Source: a virus. Taken from it: a stretch of DNA of 64,000 nucleotides. The notes beneath the pieces are model-generated. The model did no database searches and was not told the origin of the DNA. It was given only the letters and a program-made list of their open reading frames with translations. This document shows, in pieces, positions 17,048-25,730 of this stretch. A program made the position numbers and the translations under genes. Position 1 is the first letter of the stretch. Every line of letters starts with the position of its first letter. Location of the stretch: positions 3,945 to 67,944 of the IMG/VR virus record IMGVR_UViG_3300043446_004167; one strand, written 5' to 3'.

Positions 17048-18466
17048 TCACATTAAGTTCTTGACGAGAACTCTTCTGTAGTATCTATTGGAGTTCTTGC
17101 TGAGTCGGCCAAGACCTTGTTCAGTACCTTCAGCGAATGGATTGGCAACAATACCATAACGAGTCTTAAAGCCAATCTTGGGCTGGAAGGTTTGCTCACC
17201 AACGGCACGAACCATTTGGAGAGGAACATAAGGACAATAGAACAAGCCAGCATCATAAGGACTTGTGCCCTTATAACCGGCAACATAGAACTGCTGGTCA
17301 GAAGTGTTAGCAGAATAGGGGTCAATATAGACCTTAAACTTACCCTGAAGAACACCGGCAAATGTATTACCAGTATCGTCTACCTGAAGATTTGCATTGA
17401 GAGCTGGGGTATAATCAAGAATACCAGCGTGAGCAAGAGCAGACGCAACATCAGCAGAGCAAAGGATCATATTGCCCTTCCCTCTACGAGTTCTTTGAGC
17501 GATAGCGTTAGCATCTCTTTCAATTTGGAAAATGAGACCTTTGAACTTCTCAACTGACCAACGACCATTGGAGTCAACATCAAGGTCAAAGATACCCTGA
17601 GTTGCAACGTTATTCTGAGCACCAGGCTCAGCAATCATATAAATGGTACGAATAACTTCGCGGTTGATTTCAGCAAGAATCTCAGTTGAAAGAATATTCG
17701 CAAGCTCAGCTTCAGCATTCAAGCCGTGAATAGCTTTCAAGTCCTGAGCTAGCTCAAGGCTGTACTCAGCTTTTAGAGCGCGGCTTCTAGCTGTAACTGA
17801 AATTCTCTCGATGGAGAGGCCCATTTCGTTGAAATAGGTGTCTGTTCCACCACCACCAAGAGCTTCAGCTTGAGCTGTGGTCATTGCCTGACCTACTCTG
17901 TAGTTTTCAGAACCAGCAGGAGCAAGAAGACCTGGATTACTACCAGCTTGAGAAGTTGTACCAAAACCTACGTTATCGTTAGTAGCACCAGTGTGGCCAT
18001 AACCACTAAAATCGGTATTACCAAAGCCGGCATTTTGACCAGAGAAGGCGGTATCAACTTCGTTAAAGAAAGTCTCATTACCTTGAGGTCCTTTGTACTT
18101 AGAACGTAGTGCGAAGATAAGACCTACAGGAGCGTTCATTGGTTGTACGCCAGCCAAGTCATAAGCGACAAGGTTAGGCATTGAACGACGAATTAAGCTG
18201 ATAAGAACAGGATCAAAACCAGCAACTGGACCAGCGGAATTAGCACCATAGCTAAAACCAGCAGCACCTGATCCAGCTGGATCAGTATTCATCGTAGGAG
18301 CAGCTTCTGATAGAAACTGTCTCTCTTCTCTGAGAGCTCTTTCTTGGTTTTCTAACAGGATAGCGGTAACCATTCTACGATGTGAGTCTTGAATAGACTC
18401 AAGACCGTTATAATCAAGGACTGGTGCCCACTTTTCCTGCAGATGCTCTGCATTGAACATTTGCAT
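17048..18466 (-). CDS. gp23: major capsid protein
   Basis: FDPVLISLIRRSMPNL.AYD..GVQPM, SRALKAEYSLELAQDLKAIHG, FQPKIGFKTRYG. Confidence 0.98.
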   Translation of the reverse strand: MQMFNAEHLQEKWAPVLDYNGLESIQDSHRRMVTAILLENQERALREERQFLSEAAPTMNTDPAGSGAAGFSYGANSAGPVAGFDPVLISLIRRSMPNLVAYDLAGVQPMNAPVGLIFALRSKYKGPQGNETFFNEVDTAFSGQNAGFGNTDFSGYGHTGATNDNVGFGTTSQAGSNPGLLAPAGSENYRVGQAMTTAQAEALGGGGTDTYFNEMGLSIERISVTARSRALKAEYSLELAQDLKAIHGLNAEAELANILSTEILAEINREVIRTIYMIAEPGAQNNVATQGIFDLDVDSNGRWSVEKFKGLIFQIERDANAIAQRTRRGKGNMILCSADVASALAHAGILDYTPALNANLQVDDTGNTFAGVLQGKFKVYIDPYSANTSDQQFYVAGYKGTSPYDAGLFYCPYVPLQMVRAVGEQTFQPKIGFKTRYGIVANPFAEGTEQGLGRLSKNSNRYYRRVLVKNLM

Positions 18467-18525
18467 TTTACTTTACCTCTTTATAAAAATTGTTGTAAAT
18501 TTGTTTGATTTTTATGATTTAAAAA

Positions 18526-19716
18526 TCACTTTCTAGAAACTCTTTCAAGAGCATTTAGATAAACATCCATAGCACCACCTGAGGTGTTATATGGAACAGT
18601 TTCTGTTACAGTCTCAACTAGATAATCTTGAGTGCTTCTAGGAGTAACAGCTTTTTCAGAGAAGTAAGCTTCTCTAATTGTGGCTAATTTCTCACGAAAA
18701 CTATTTTCACCATCAAACTCAACATTTTCTGCAAGAGAAGCGAGCTTTTCTTTTTGAGAAAGTGCAAGACCTTCAGACATTTCACTGACAATTGAATCAG
18801 TGACTGCTTCTGCAAGTCTTTGATTTAGAGCAACATTGGTCTCAATTTGCTCGTTGAGTTTAGTCTCCATTTCATCAAGTTTTTCTACCATACTCTCAAG
18901 TACATCATATCTTTCTTCAGGAATTGATACATAATGTTCTTCAAAAAGATTCTTCAAATTAAATAAGAAGCTTTCAGTAAATTCGGTACGAAGACCTTGG
19001 TCAATAACTAAAGCATTTTCCTTTAGCCACTCATCAGCAACGTACTCAAGATAGGAATCTACTCTTTCACTAAGGGATTCCGCAATTTCTTCAACTTCTT
19101 CTACGAGTTGCTGCTCATATTTGCGAAGAATTGCTTCTTCAATTTGTTCAGTTCTTGTATTTAGAGCAGCTTCAAAAACTGTTTTCGCTTTAAACTTGAA
19201 CTCTTCGGAAAGTTCTTCACCTGAAAGAAGAGCATCAACATCTTCGCGAATTCTGGATTCGATTTCTTCAATCTCTTCCTTCATTGACTCATCTTCATCT
19301 TCATCTTTCTTTGCTTTCTTTTTCTTAGGAGATTTTTCTTCCTCCTCGTCATTTTCATCATCTTCTCCCTCTTCTCCACAGGAAGCCTCTTCTAACTCAT
19401 CATACTCATATTCATCTTCATAATCTTCCTTCATTTTTTTCATTGGTTCAGCAGATTTTGCGCCACTGTTTACTACATTACGAACCTGAGCTAAAATAGC
19501 AGCAGGATCTTTTAGCTTGGCTGAATCATCATCTGGCTTGTAATTATCTACAGTTGGACCACCTAAGTCTTCCCAACCTCCAGCTCTTTGACCATCAGGG
19601 ATACCTGTGGTTAAATGAGGCATTGGTTCGGCTGGTTTTGCACCAGCATTTACAGCAGTGCGAGATTGCTTAGTGCCGGTTTCCATTTCTTGTAAATTTT
19701 TTCTTCCACGAGGCAT
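18526..19716 (-). CDS. gp22: prohead core scaffold protein
   Basis: Acidic coiled coil with LSEEFK.KAKTVFEAA and VDSYLEYV.DEW; lies between gp21 and gp23. Confidence 0.93.
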   Translation of the reverse strand: MPRGRKNLQEMETGTKQSRTAVNAGAKPAEPMPHLTTGIPDGQRAGGWEDLGGPTVDNYKPDDDSAKLKDPAAILAQVRNVVNSGAKSAEPMKKMKEDYEDEYEYDELEEASCGEEGEDDENDEEEEKSPKKKKAKKDEDEDESMKEEIEEIESRIREDVDALLSGEELSEEFKFKAKTVFEAALNTRTEQIEEAILRKYEQQLVEEVEEIAESLSERVDSYLEYVADEWLKENALVIDQGLRTEFTESFLFNLKNLFEEHYVSIPEERYDVLESMVEKLDEMETKLNEQIETNVALNQRLAEAVTDSIVSEMSEGLALSQKEKLASLAENVEFDGENSFREKLATIREAYFSEKAVTPRSTQDYLVETVTETVPYNTSGGAMDVYLNALERVSRK

Positions 19717-19754
19717 TTTAAACTCTCCGATTTGTTCTTGATTAAATCTGTATA

Positions 19755-19762
19755 TATTTATA
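19755..19762 (-). promoter_or_regulatory. late promoter (gp22-gp23)
   Basis: TATAAATA. Confidence 0.7.
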
Positions 19763-19773
19763 AAGTTTTAATT

Positions 19774-20427
19774 TTATATGAGTTTTAAGTAATTTTCAAA
19801 ATGCTGAAGCTTTCTTTCTTCAGTTAATTTTCTTGAAATTACATCTCTTTCAATCTTATTTTTAATATTTTCAGAAATCCAAATTTGTTTCTTTGAATCA
19901 TATAACCAGTTTACACCTTCCATTATTCCATTAACAAATGCATCTGGAGCTGAAGGGTCGTGTACAATATCAGCAGCAGTAGAAAGCATAAAATCTTTAC
20001 CTACTACACTATATCCCTTATCTGTTGGAATAAGTGAACCAACTCCACGAGAAGAAACTCCTAATTTTACACCTTCTTCATAGAGACCAGCTGCAATTTT
20101 ACCCATAGGCAAAGAAGTAAGAATCTTAGCTTTTCCCCAGAAATTGTTACCCTGTTCTCTCAGGCTAACAATATTATGAGAAACTCTATCTAAATTAATA
20201 GTAGGCCCTTGAGGATGACCAAGTTCACCTACTGCACGTCCTTTGCTTAAATATCTATCAGTATAATTTCGAACACCTTCTCTTAAAGTGTCCATTTCAT
20301 ATAATCTTTTGTTACGATTTGGTAGGTTACCTTGAAGGAATATGCCTTCAATAAAAAGGTTTTTCTTACCATTTACATTTTCTACAATGACTTCTACGTC
20401 ATCGATTTCTTCTGTGATGAGTTTCAT
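19774..20427 (-). CDS. gp21: prohead protease
   Basis: GELGHP, RVSH, GVSSRG.GS, DIVHDPSAPDAFV. Confidence 0.96.
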   Translation of the reverse strand: MKLITEEIDDVEVIVENVNGKKNLFIEGIFLQGNLPNRNKRLYEMDTLREGVRNYTDRYLSKGRAVGELGHPQGPTINLDRVSHNIVSLREQGNNFWGKAKILTSLPMGKIAAGLYEEGVKLGVSSRGVGSLIPTDKGYSVVGKDFMLSTAADIVHDPSAPDAFVNGIMEGVNWLYDSKKQIWISENIKNKIERDVISRKLTEERKLQHFENYLKLI

Positions 20428-20991
20428 TTAACTAAAATTCGAAACGACTTGGACTTCTGTAATATGAATTACATTGGGACTTGAACTATCATTATATGCT
20501 GCTACTTTAGTTACTTTTCTCAATTCACCATTAGGATTAGTAACTACACCTTGAGATGAAGTATCCCAGTTTAATGTAATGCGAGTATTATAATATCCAT
20601 TATATGAAGTATTATTATCATTAGCTATTACTTCAGCAAATACTGTATTAATACCAGATGGTGATATTCCAGATAATTGTACATAATCTCCGGCATTAAA
20701 TGCGGAGGTCGTACCTTCTGGAATGATAACAGTAGTTGTAGCACCAGTCATAATTCCAACAGTTGGTTGAGAACGAACTGTTTCTTTAAGAACTACTTCA
20801 GAATTAGCTGAAATCCAAATTGAATTTGAAGTATTAATTCCTGGATTTGTTCCAATTTCAATAAAAGTATTTTGAGTTGGAACAATTCTCAAATACCCAG
20901 ATTTCAAAGGTATTGGATTACTTGTTGAGATTCCTGCTGCTGAACCTATGCTCAATGAAGGTATCTTTTGTACTATCTTAAATGCAGACAT
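20428..20991 (-). CDS. hypothetical virion protein
   Basis: Beta-rich Ser/Thr/Gly protein abutting gp21, with an upstream late promoter. Confidence 0.7.
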   Translation of the reverse strand: MSAFKIVQKIPSLSIGSAAGISTSNPIPLKSGYLRIVPTQNTFIEIGTNPGINTSNSIWISANSEVVLKETVRSQPTVGIMTGATTTVIIPEGTTSAFNAGDYVQLSGISPSGINTVFAEVIANDNNTSYNGYYNTRITLNWDTSSQGVVTNPNGELRKVTKVAAYNDSSSPNVIHITEVQVVSNFS

Positions 20992-21013
20992 GTTAAATGT
21001 ATATTATATAATT

Positions 21014-21021
21014 TATTTATA
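21014..21021 (-). promoter_or_regulatory. late promoter
   Basis: TATAAATA. Confidence 0.6.
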
Positions 21022-21044
21022 CTTTTTAGAGTTTATTTTAAATT

Positions 21045-22301
21045 TTAGTAAATCTCTCTCCACCTTATACATACTCCAACATTTGTACTTGCATCTCCAA
21101 TATTCGTTACCCGAACTGAAAAAATTTCAGAATCGGTTGAATCAAAATTTTGAGATAAAAAGTTTTTCTTTGAGGTTGGACCAGACTGGATATTTGCAGA
21201 AGTTGCAGATGGTTTTTGAGAGTTTTGACTTTCTCCAGATGCATATCCACCCATAAAATCTTCAAAGTAAACGGTGCTAATCCCAGTTGCAGTTTGATTA
21301 TACTCAACAACTGACTCATCATTTTCAGATACCCAAGTACCAGTGGTATTAATGCCAACTGAACTTCTAAGCTTTACAACTTCATATCTAACGTTTGAAC
21401 CGTTAGTAAATACTGAAATATCTTCTAGCTTTACTGTTGATCTATTTGGATATCCTTTAAATTCATTTTTAAGTCTAATAGCAATAATTGGTACTGTAGT
21501 TCCAACTCCTACTGTTCTAAGTGGAGTTGCGTGTGAAAATTCTCTTCCAGCTTCTGTATATCCACCTTCACTCATAACAGTGGAACATAGTTGCATAAAT
21601 GAGCCACCTGCACCAACTTGAGTCCCACTGTTTCTGACCTCACATCTTACTGGAAGATTTGGATTAGACATATAAACAGTAGGGAGAGTATTTGAATTAT
21701 AAAATTCGTGAGCGACAATGTTAAGTCCACCTAAACTAAATCCACAACGAACTCTACCAACACCCAACCATTCAAAGTCAGTAAAGAATAGTTGAGTTTT
21801 TGTAATATCCAAATTAAATCCAGATACTCCAGTGCCGTCAAGTTTATCTTTATTCCATTGAGACTGTGGAATTCTTCTTTCTGAATTTCCTATTCCAGCA
21901 GATGTATATGAACGAATAACAAAGCTTAGAGTTCCATCTGGAGCTTGCTCAAAGAAAATTCCATCTCTGTCATCAAAATATCCAGTTCTTTTGGTAACAT
22001 TTTGCTGTGCTGTACCAAAATTAAATGTGGAGAAAATCAATTGAGATTTTCCTGGCATGTAATGATGATACCTTTTAGTCTGATGAATTGCATAACCAGT
22101 ACTACTTATTCCAGACTGAAGAATTGCTGCTGCTTGATTTGCTTCAAACGTTATAGTGGAACCAGTCCCAGATAAAACATTTATAAAATCTGGGTCAATA
22201 GAATATAAATGTTTATAATCTCCAAGAGTGTATGGCTCAGATACTCTTAATCTACCAAAAGCATCAATTTCAGGCTTAAACGGTTCATATAAATGAGACA
22301 T
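21045..22301 (-). CDS. hypothetical virion-associated beta-rich protein (DAFGRLRVSEP family)
   Basis: 418-aa ORF coupled to the upstream gene, with motifs QTKRY..Y.PGKS and D.EWLGVGRVR.GF. Confidence 0.75.
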   Translation of the reverse strand: MSHLYEPFKPEIDAFGRLRVSEPYTLGDYKHLYSIDPDFINVLSGTGSTITFEANQAAAILQSGISSTGYAIHQTKRYHHYMPGKSQLIFSTFNFGTAQQNVTKRTGYFDDRDGIFFEQAPDGTLSFVIRSYTSAGIGNSERRIPQSQWNKDKLDGTGVSGFNLDITKTQLFFTDFEWLGVGRVRCGFSLGGLNIVAHEFYNSNTLPTVYMSNPNLPVRCEVRNSGTQVGAGGSFMQLCSTVMSEGGYTEAGREFSHATPLRTVGVGTTVPIIAIRLKNEFKGYPNRSTVKLEDISVFTNGSNVRYEVVKLRSSVGINTTGTWVSENDESVVEYNQTATGISTVYFEDFMGGYASGESQNSQKPSATSANIQSGPTSKKNFLSQNFDSTDSEIFSVRVTNIGDASTNVGVCIRWREIY

Positions 22302-22987
22302 CAGATTACTCTCCAGGAATTACTTTTCCAAATAAATGTTAAACTGCCATAATCATATGCAAGAATTGCTCTATCTCTGTTATCAATTAAATCATTTCCA
22401 GATGGGAGCACAGTGATATGTCTATTTGTACCCTTTGATGATTCTCCTAATTCATCTTTGACTACAAATATTTTACCTTCTCTATCTGCTTTTGGTAGAG
22501 TAATTGTGACTGCACCTGCATAATTCACCCCAATGTAATAATCTTGAGGTCTTATTGTGTAAGAAGATGTTGTTACGGATGTTATAGGAACATCCATATA
22601 AGTTAAATTGGTTTCACCTCCTCCACCTAATGTAGAAAGTTGTTGCTGAATTCTACTTAAAAATAGGTTATAATGACGATTAAGCTCGTCTAAAGTGACA
22701 AATTTTTGATTTAATGGAGTTAATGGGTCTTTAGTTTTAACCGTAGGAGGTTCTATAAAATTAGATTCAATTAAAGTTTTAGGAACTTCTTTATCTTCTT
22801 TTTTTATTTTACGAATTATCTTTTTTGTCTTTTTTGGTTCAACTTCTTCCTTTAGTTTTGACCAAAAAAAGTCATCAAATGATTCACCTACGAGGTCATT
22901 TAACTCTTCTTTTTTTATTTTTTTCCCTTCACTTATTGTTGAAAAGAAATCACTTAAATCATTGGAATCTAATCCAAAATTGTTCAC
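22301..22987 (-). CDS. hypothetical protein with a GGGG linker and fibre-tip-like C-terminal beta domain
   Basis: Charged N-terminus, QQQLSTLGGGGE, YYIGVNYAGAVTITLP...VKDE.G. Confidence 0.7.
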   Translation of the reverse strand: MNNFGLDSNDLSDFFSTISEGKKIKKEELNDLVGESFDDFFWSKLKEEVEPKKTKKIIRKIKKEDKEVPKTLIESNFIEPPTVKTKDPLTPLNQKFVTLDELNRHYNLFLSRIQQQLSTLGGGGETNLTYMDVPITSVTTSSYTIRPQDYYIGVNYAGAVTITLPKADREGKIFVVKDELGESSKGTNRHITVLPSGNDLIDNRDRAILAYDYGSLTFIWKSNSWRVI

Positions 22988-22990
22988 TTA

Positions 22991-23197
22991 TCACTCCTCA
23001 TCCTCATAGCCATCATCTTCAGAATCATCATAGTCATCATCTTCATCTTCAGGGTCTTCTTCAAAAATACTTGAAGCTACATATGGTTTTACAGCTTCAA
23101 CTCTTTCAGCAGCCTTTGAATAAAGAGATGCCATAATTGCATCTCTAATTGCATCTGGGCTTTCGTCATCAATAATCATTTTTCCAATGTTTGCCAT
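22991..23197 (-). CDS. small acidic prohead core protein (gp67-like position)
   Basis: 68 aa with an acidic tail, directly after gp20; late promoter at 23223-23230. Confidence 0.65.
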   Translation of the reverse strand: MANIGKMIIDDESPDAIRDAIMASLYSKAAERVEAVKPYVASSIFEEDPEDEDDDYDDSEDDGYEDEE

Positions 23198-23233
23198 ATA
23201 GTTTTAAATAGGTAATTTTTTATATTTATTGAA

Positions 23234-24937
23234 TTAAATTTCTCCAACATTGGGTGGAGTTATTCCTTTCTCGGATGCTGTGGGTTCTTGCATTGGAGAC
23301 CCTAAAGCTTCTCCCCCAACTGCACCTTGTTGAGGTTGACCTCCATCCATACCTGGAACTCCTTGCTGCTGCATCATTGCAGCTTGAGGGTCTGGTAATA
23401 TTCCTTTTTTAATTTCATTTTTAATCTGCTTATCAATATCTTGAATTTCACTATCAGATTGCCCTAGTACCGTTTTTCTAACATACTCAACTGAAAAGTA
23501 CTTACCGAGATAAGGCTCCATCGCAGAAATAACTGCTAGTTTATCATTTAGAATTTCATTCTTCTTTAGATCTGCAAAATGATTATCATAAAGAAAATCA
23601 AATTGAATATGGTCTGATAATCTTGTCCAATCTTCTGGAGTGACAATGTTTTTAAGAATTAGCTGAGTTTTCAGCATATCTACAAACATTTGAGAGAACC
23701 TTTTTCTTAATCTACCCACAAAACGAGTAAACTTAAGCTCATCTCTTAAGATTTCAGAAGATCTTCCTAGATTGAAACCACCACCTGCATCTAAACGTGT
23801 AGATGGTACGCCAAGTGATTTATAAAGTTTCTTTTGAAAATATTCAAGGTCTGTTAGTTCTCCTAAGTTTTGACCACCAGGTAGTGTTTGAACTTCAGTT
23901 CCCTTACCATTATCTCTTCTAGGAAGCCAATAATCTTCCATCATCGCCATATACTTACGATCATCTTTAATCTCACCAGTGCCTTGATCGTAAATTAATT
24001 TATTTCTATAGCGATTCATTACATCTTTCATATATTGTTCTGCCTGGTTTCTAGGCAGACCTCCAATATCAATGTAGAAGATTCTCTTTTCACTTGAACG
24101 ACTTAATCTGTAGATAACTAAACTATCCTCAATCATTCTTAATTGATTAAGAGATTTAATTGCTTTATGTAAGCAAGACAAAATAGTTTGACGATTCCTA
24201 TCTACCAGTCCAGATGTGATATAAGTTACTGAATCTTTTGTAAGTTTAACTGCTTTAGATGCCGCAGATGCACTTGTATGAATACTTGATTGAGTTGGTG
24301 TATAGCCAACATTAGGGTCATATAGATAATATTCTTCTATTAATGGATTTGAAATATCATCTAATATATTACCTCTTGACATTATAGAACGTACTTGTGC
24401 AGATAAAGTACTTTCTTGTGTTTTTTTGAGTTTACGAATAAATTTAATTTTAAGTGGGTCAATATAACGTACTTCTTGAATACCCTTACTCGGGTCTTTC
24501 ATATCGATTACTTTATGATAGTAAATTCTACCATCTATATACCAGTTTCTAAAGATTTCGTGGGCTTTTTTATCAAAGTCCATTATCTCTTTAATATATT
24601 TAAATTCTTTTCTTATTGCATCTTTTAATTTATCTGTAGCATTCAAATTTGAAAGTTCAATCTCAACTGGGCTATCATTTAAATCAGAAACTATTGCTTC
24701 ATTTACAATATCTTCAATGGCACTATCACACTCAGGGTGAAGTGCCATCTCTCTATACCTACGGACTAAATCCGCTTCATTTTTATATACACCCTCAATA
24801 TCTACATATTGGCCATAAAAGCCACTTGTAATGTAGTAATCCGATTTATCCTCAGAGTTTTGAGGGACAGGAGAAATAATTTTACTATTTTTTTTCTCCT
24901 GTCCCTCTTCAATTTTAAAACCAAATAATTTTGCCAT
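23234..24937 (-). CDS. gp20: portal protein
   Basis: YREMALHPECDSAIEDIVNEAI, EDSLVIYRLSR, EDYWLPRR..GKGTE..TLPGG. Confidence 0.97.
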   Translation of the reverse strand: MAKLFGFKIEEGQEKKNSKIISPVPQNSEDKSDYYITSGFYGQYVDIEGVYKNEADLVRRYREMALHPECDSAIEDIVNEAIVSDLNDSPVEIELSNLNATDKLKDAIRKEFKYIKEIMDFDKKAHEIFRNWYIDGRIYYHKVIDMKDPSKGIQEVRYIDPLKIKFIRKLKKTQESTLSAQVRSIMSRGNILDDISNPLIEEYYLYDPNVGYTPTQSSIHTSASAASKAVKLTKDSVTYITSGLVDRNRQTILSCLHKAIKSLNQLRMIEDSLVIYRLSRSSEKRIFYIDIGGLPRNQAEQYMKDVMNRYRNKLIYDQGTGEIKDDRKYMAMMEDYWLPRRDNGKGTEVQTLPGGQNLGELTDLEYFQKKLYKSLGVPSTRLDAGGGFNLGRSSEILRDELKFTRFVGRLRKRFSQMFVDMLKTQLILKNIVTPEDWTRLSDHIQFDFLYDNHFADLKKNEILNDKLAVISAMEPYLGKYFSVEYVRKTVLGQSDSEIQDIDKQIKNEIKKGILPDPQAAMMQQQGVPGMDGGQPQQGAVGGEALGSPMQEPTASEKGITPPNVGEI

Positions 24938-24968
24938 TATAATATTAAATTAAAATTTTACCTATTGA

Positions 24969-24976
24969 TATTTATA
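24969..24976 (-). promoter_or_regulatory. late promoter (gp20)
   Basis: TATAAATA. Confidence 0.65.
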
Positions 24977-25696
24977 CTATATTTGTTGACCAAGAGTTCC
25001 ACTAACTCCATCAACTGCTTGATTTGGATTTTGCCCTGAAAAAATAGTGGTTCCATCTGGTTTTAATGCATCCCACCATTGAACTTCAAAGGTTACATTA
25101 AATTCTTCAATAGAATCTGAAGAATCATATGAAAGTGGAATTGGATCAATAGATGTTGGAAAACAACCATAAAGTTTATATCCTTTTAATATCTTCATAC
25201 TATTTACTGGGCGTGGAACATCATTGCTCTGCGAATTGACAGGGCTAGCAGCATCAGAAGCTTCATTTCCTCTAGATAATTGATATACTGATATATCAGT
25301 TTGGTATGTATTTGGAGTAATTGCACCTGCATTATCCTCGTGCCTATTCATATAATTACTCCACTTTTCAAATGCATCACGAATTCTAAAATTAGTATCA
25401 TTTAATACAGTAATTGTCCAAGGCTCATAAGTTCTATCTCCTGCTAATTTCAAAGTTCTTCCTCTAAAAGGAACTGGAATTGAATTTATAGTAGATCCTG
25501 GTAATTGAGCAGCTTTAATTAAAAATCTTAGATCGGTATATAAATCATTTGCATTTGATCCCTCAATTTGTTGTAATACTGAAGTTGGAAATGGAATAAC
25601 ACATTCGAATAGATTTGCTCTAGCTCCACCTCCAGTTAAGCGACTTCTAAAATCATAAATTGTTCTATCTGTATATCTTGGTGCATTATTTGCCAT
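24977..25696 (-). CDS. gp19: tail tube protein
   Basis: GGGARANLF, VPFRGR.LK.AGDRT.EPWT.TV.ND, IEEF.VTF. Confidence 0.95.
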   Translation of the reverse strand: MANNAPRYTDRTIYDFRSRLTGGGARANLFECVIPFPTSVLQQIEGSNANDLYTDLRFLIKAAQLPGSTINSIPVPFRGRTLKLAGDRTYEPWTITVLNDTNFRIRDAFEKWSNYMNRHEDNAGAITPNTYQTDISVYQLSRGNEASDAASPVNSQSNDVPRPVNSMKILKGYKLYGCFPTSIDPIPLSYDSSDSIEEFNVTFEVQWWDALKPDGTTIFSGQNPNQAVDGVSGTLGQQI

Positions 25697-25730
25697 TGTT
25701 GAAATCCTCCTTGAATGAAATTAATTAGAA

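Noticed and set aside
17053-19423. Antisense and alternate-frame ORFs over gp23/gp22 (and similar short shadow ORFs elsewhere in the track)
   Set aside because: They lie wholly within conserved genes and lack motifs or expression signals; they are expected by-products of codon bias.
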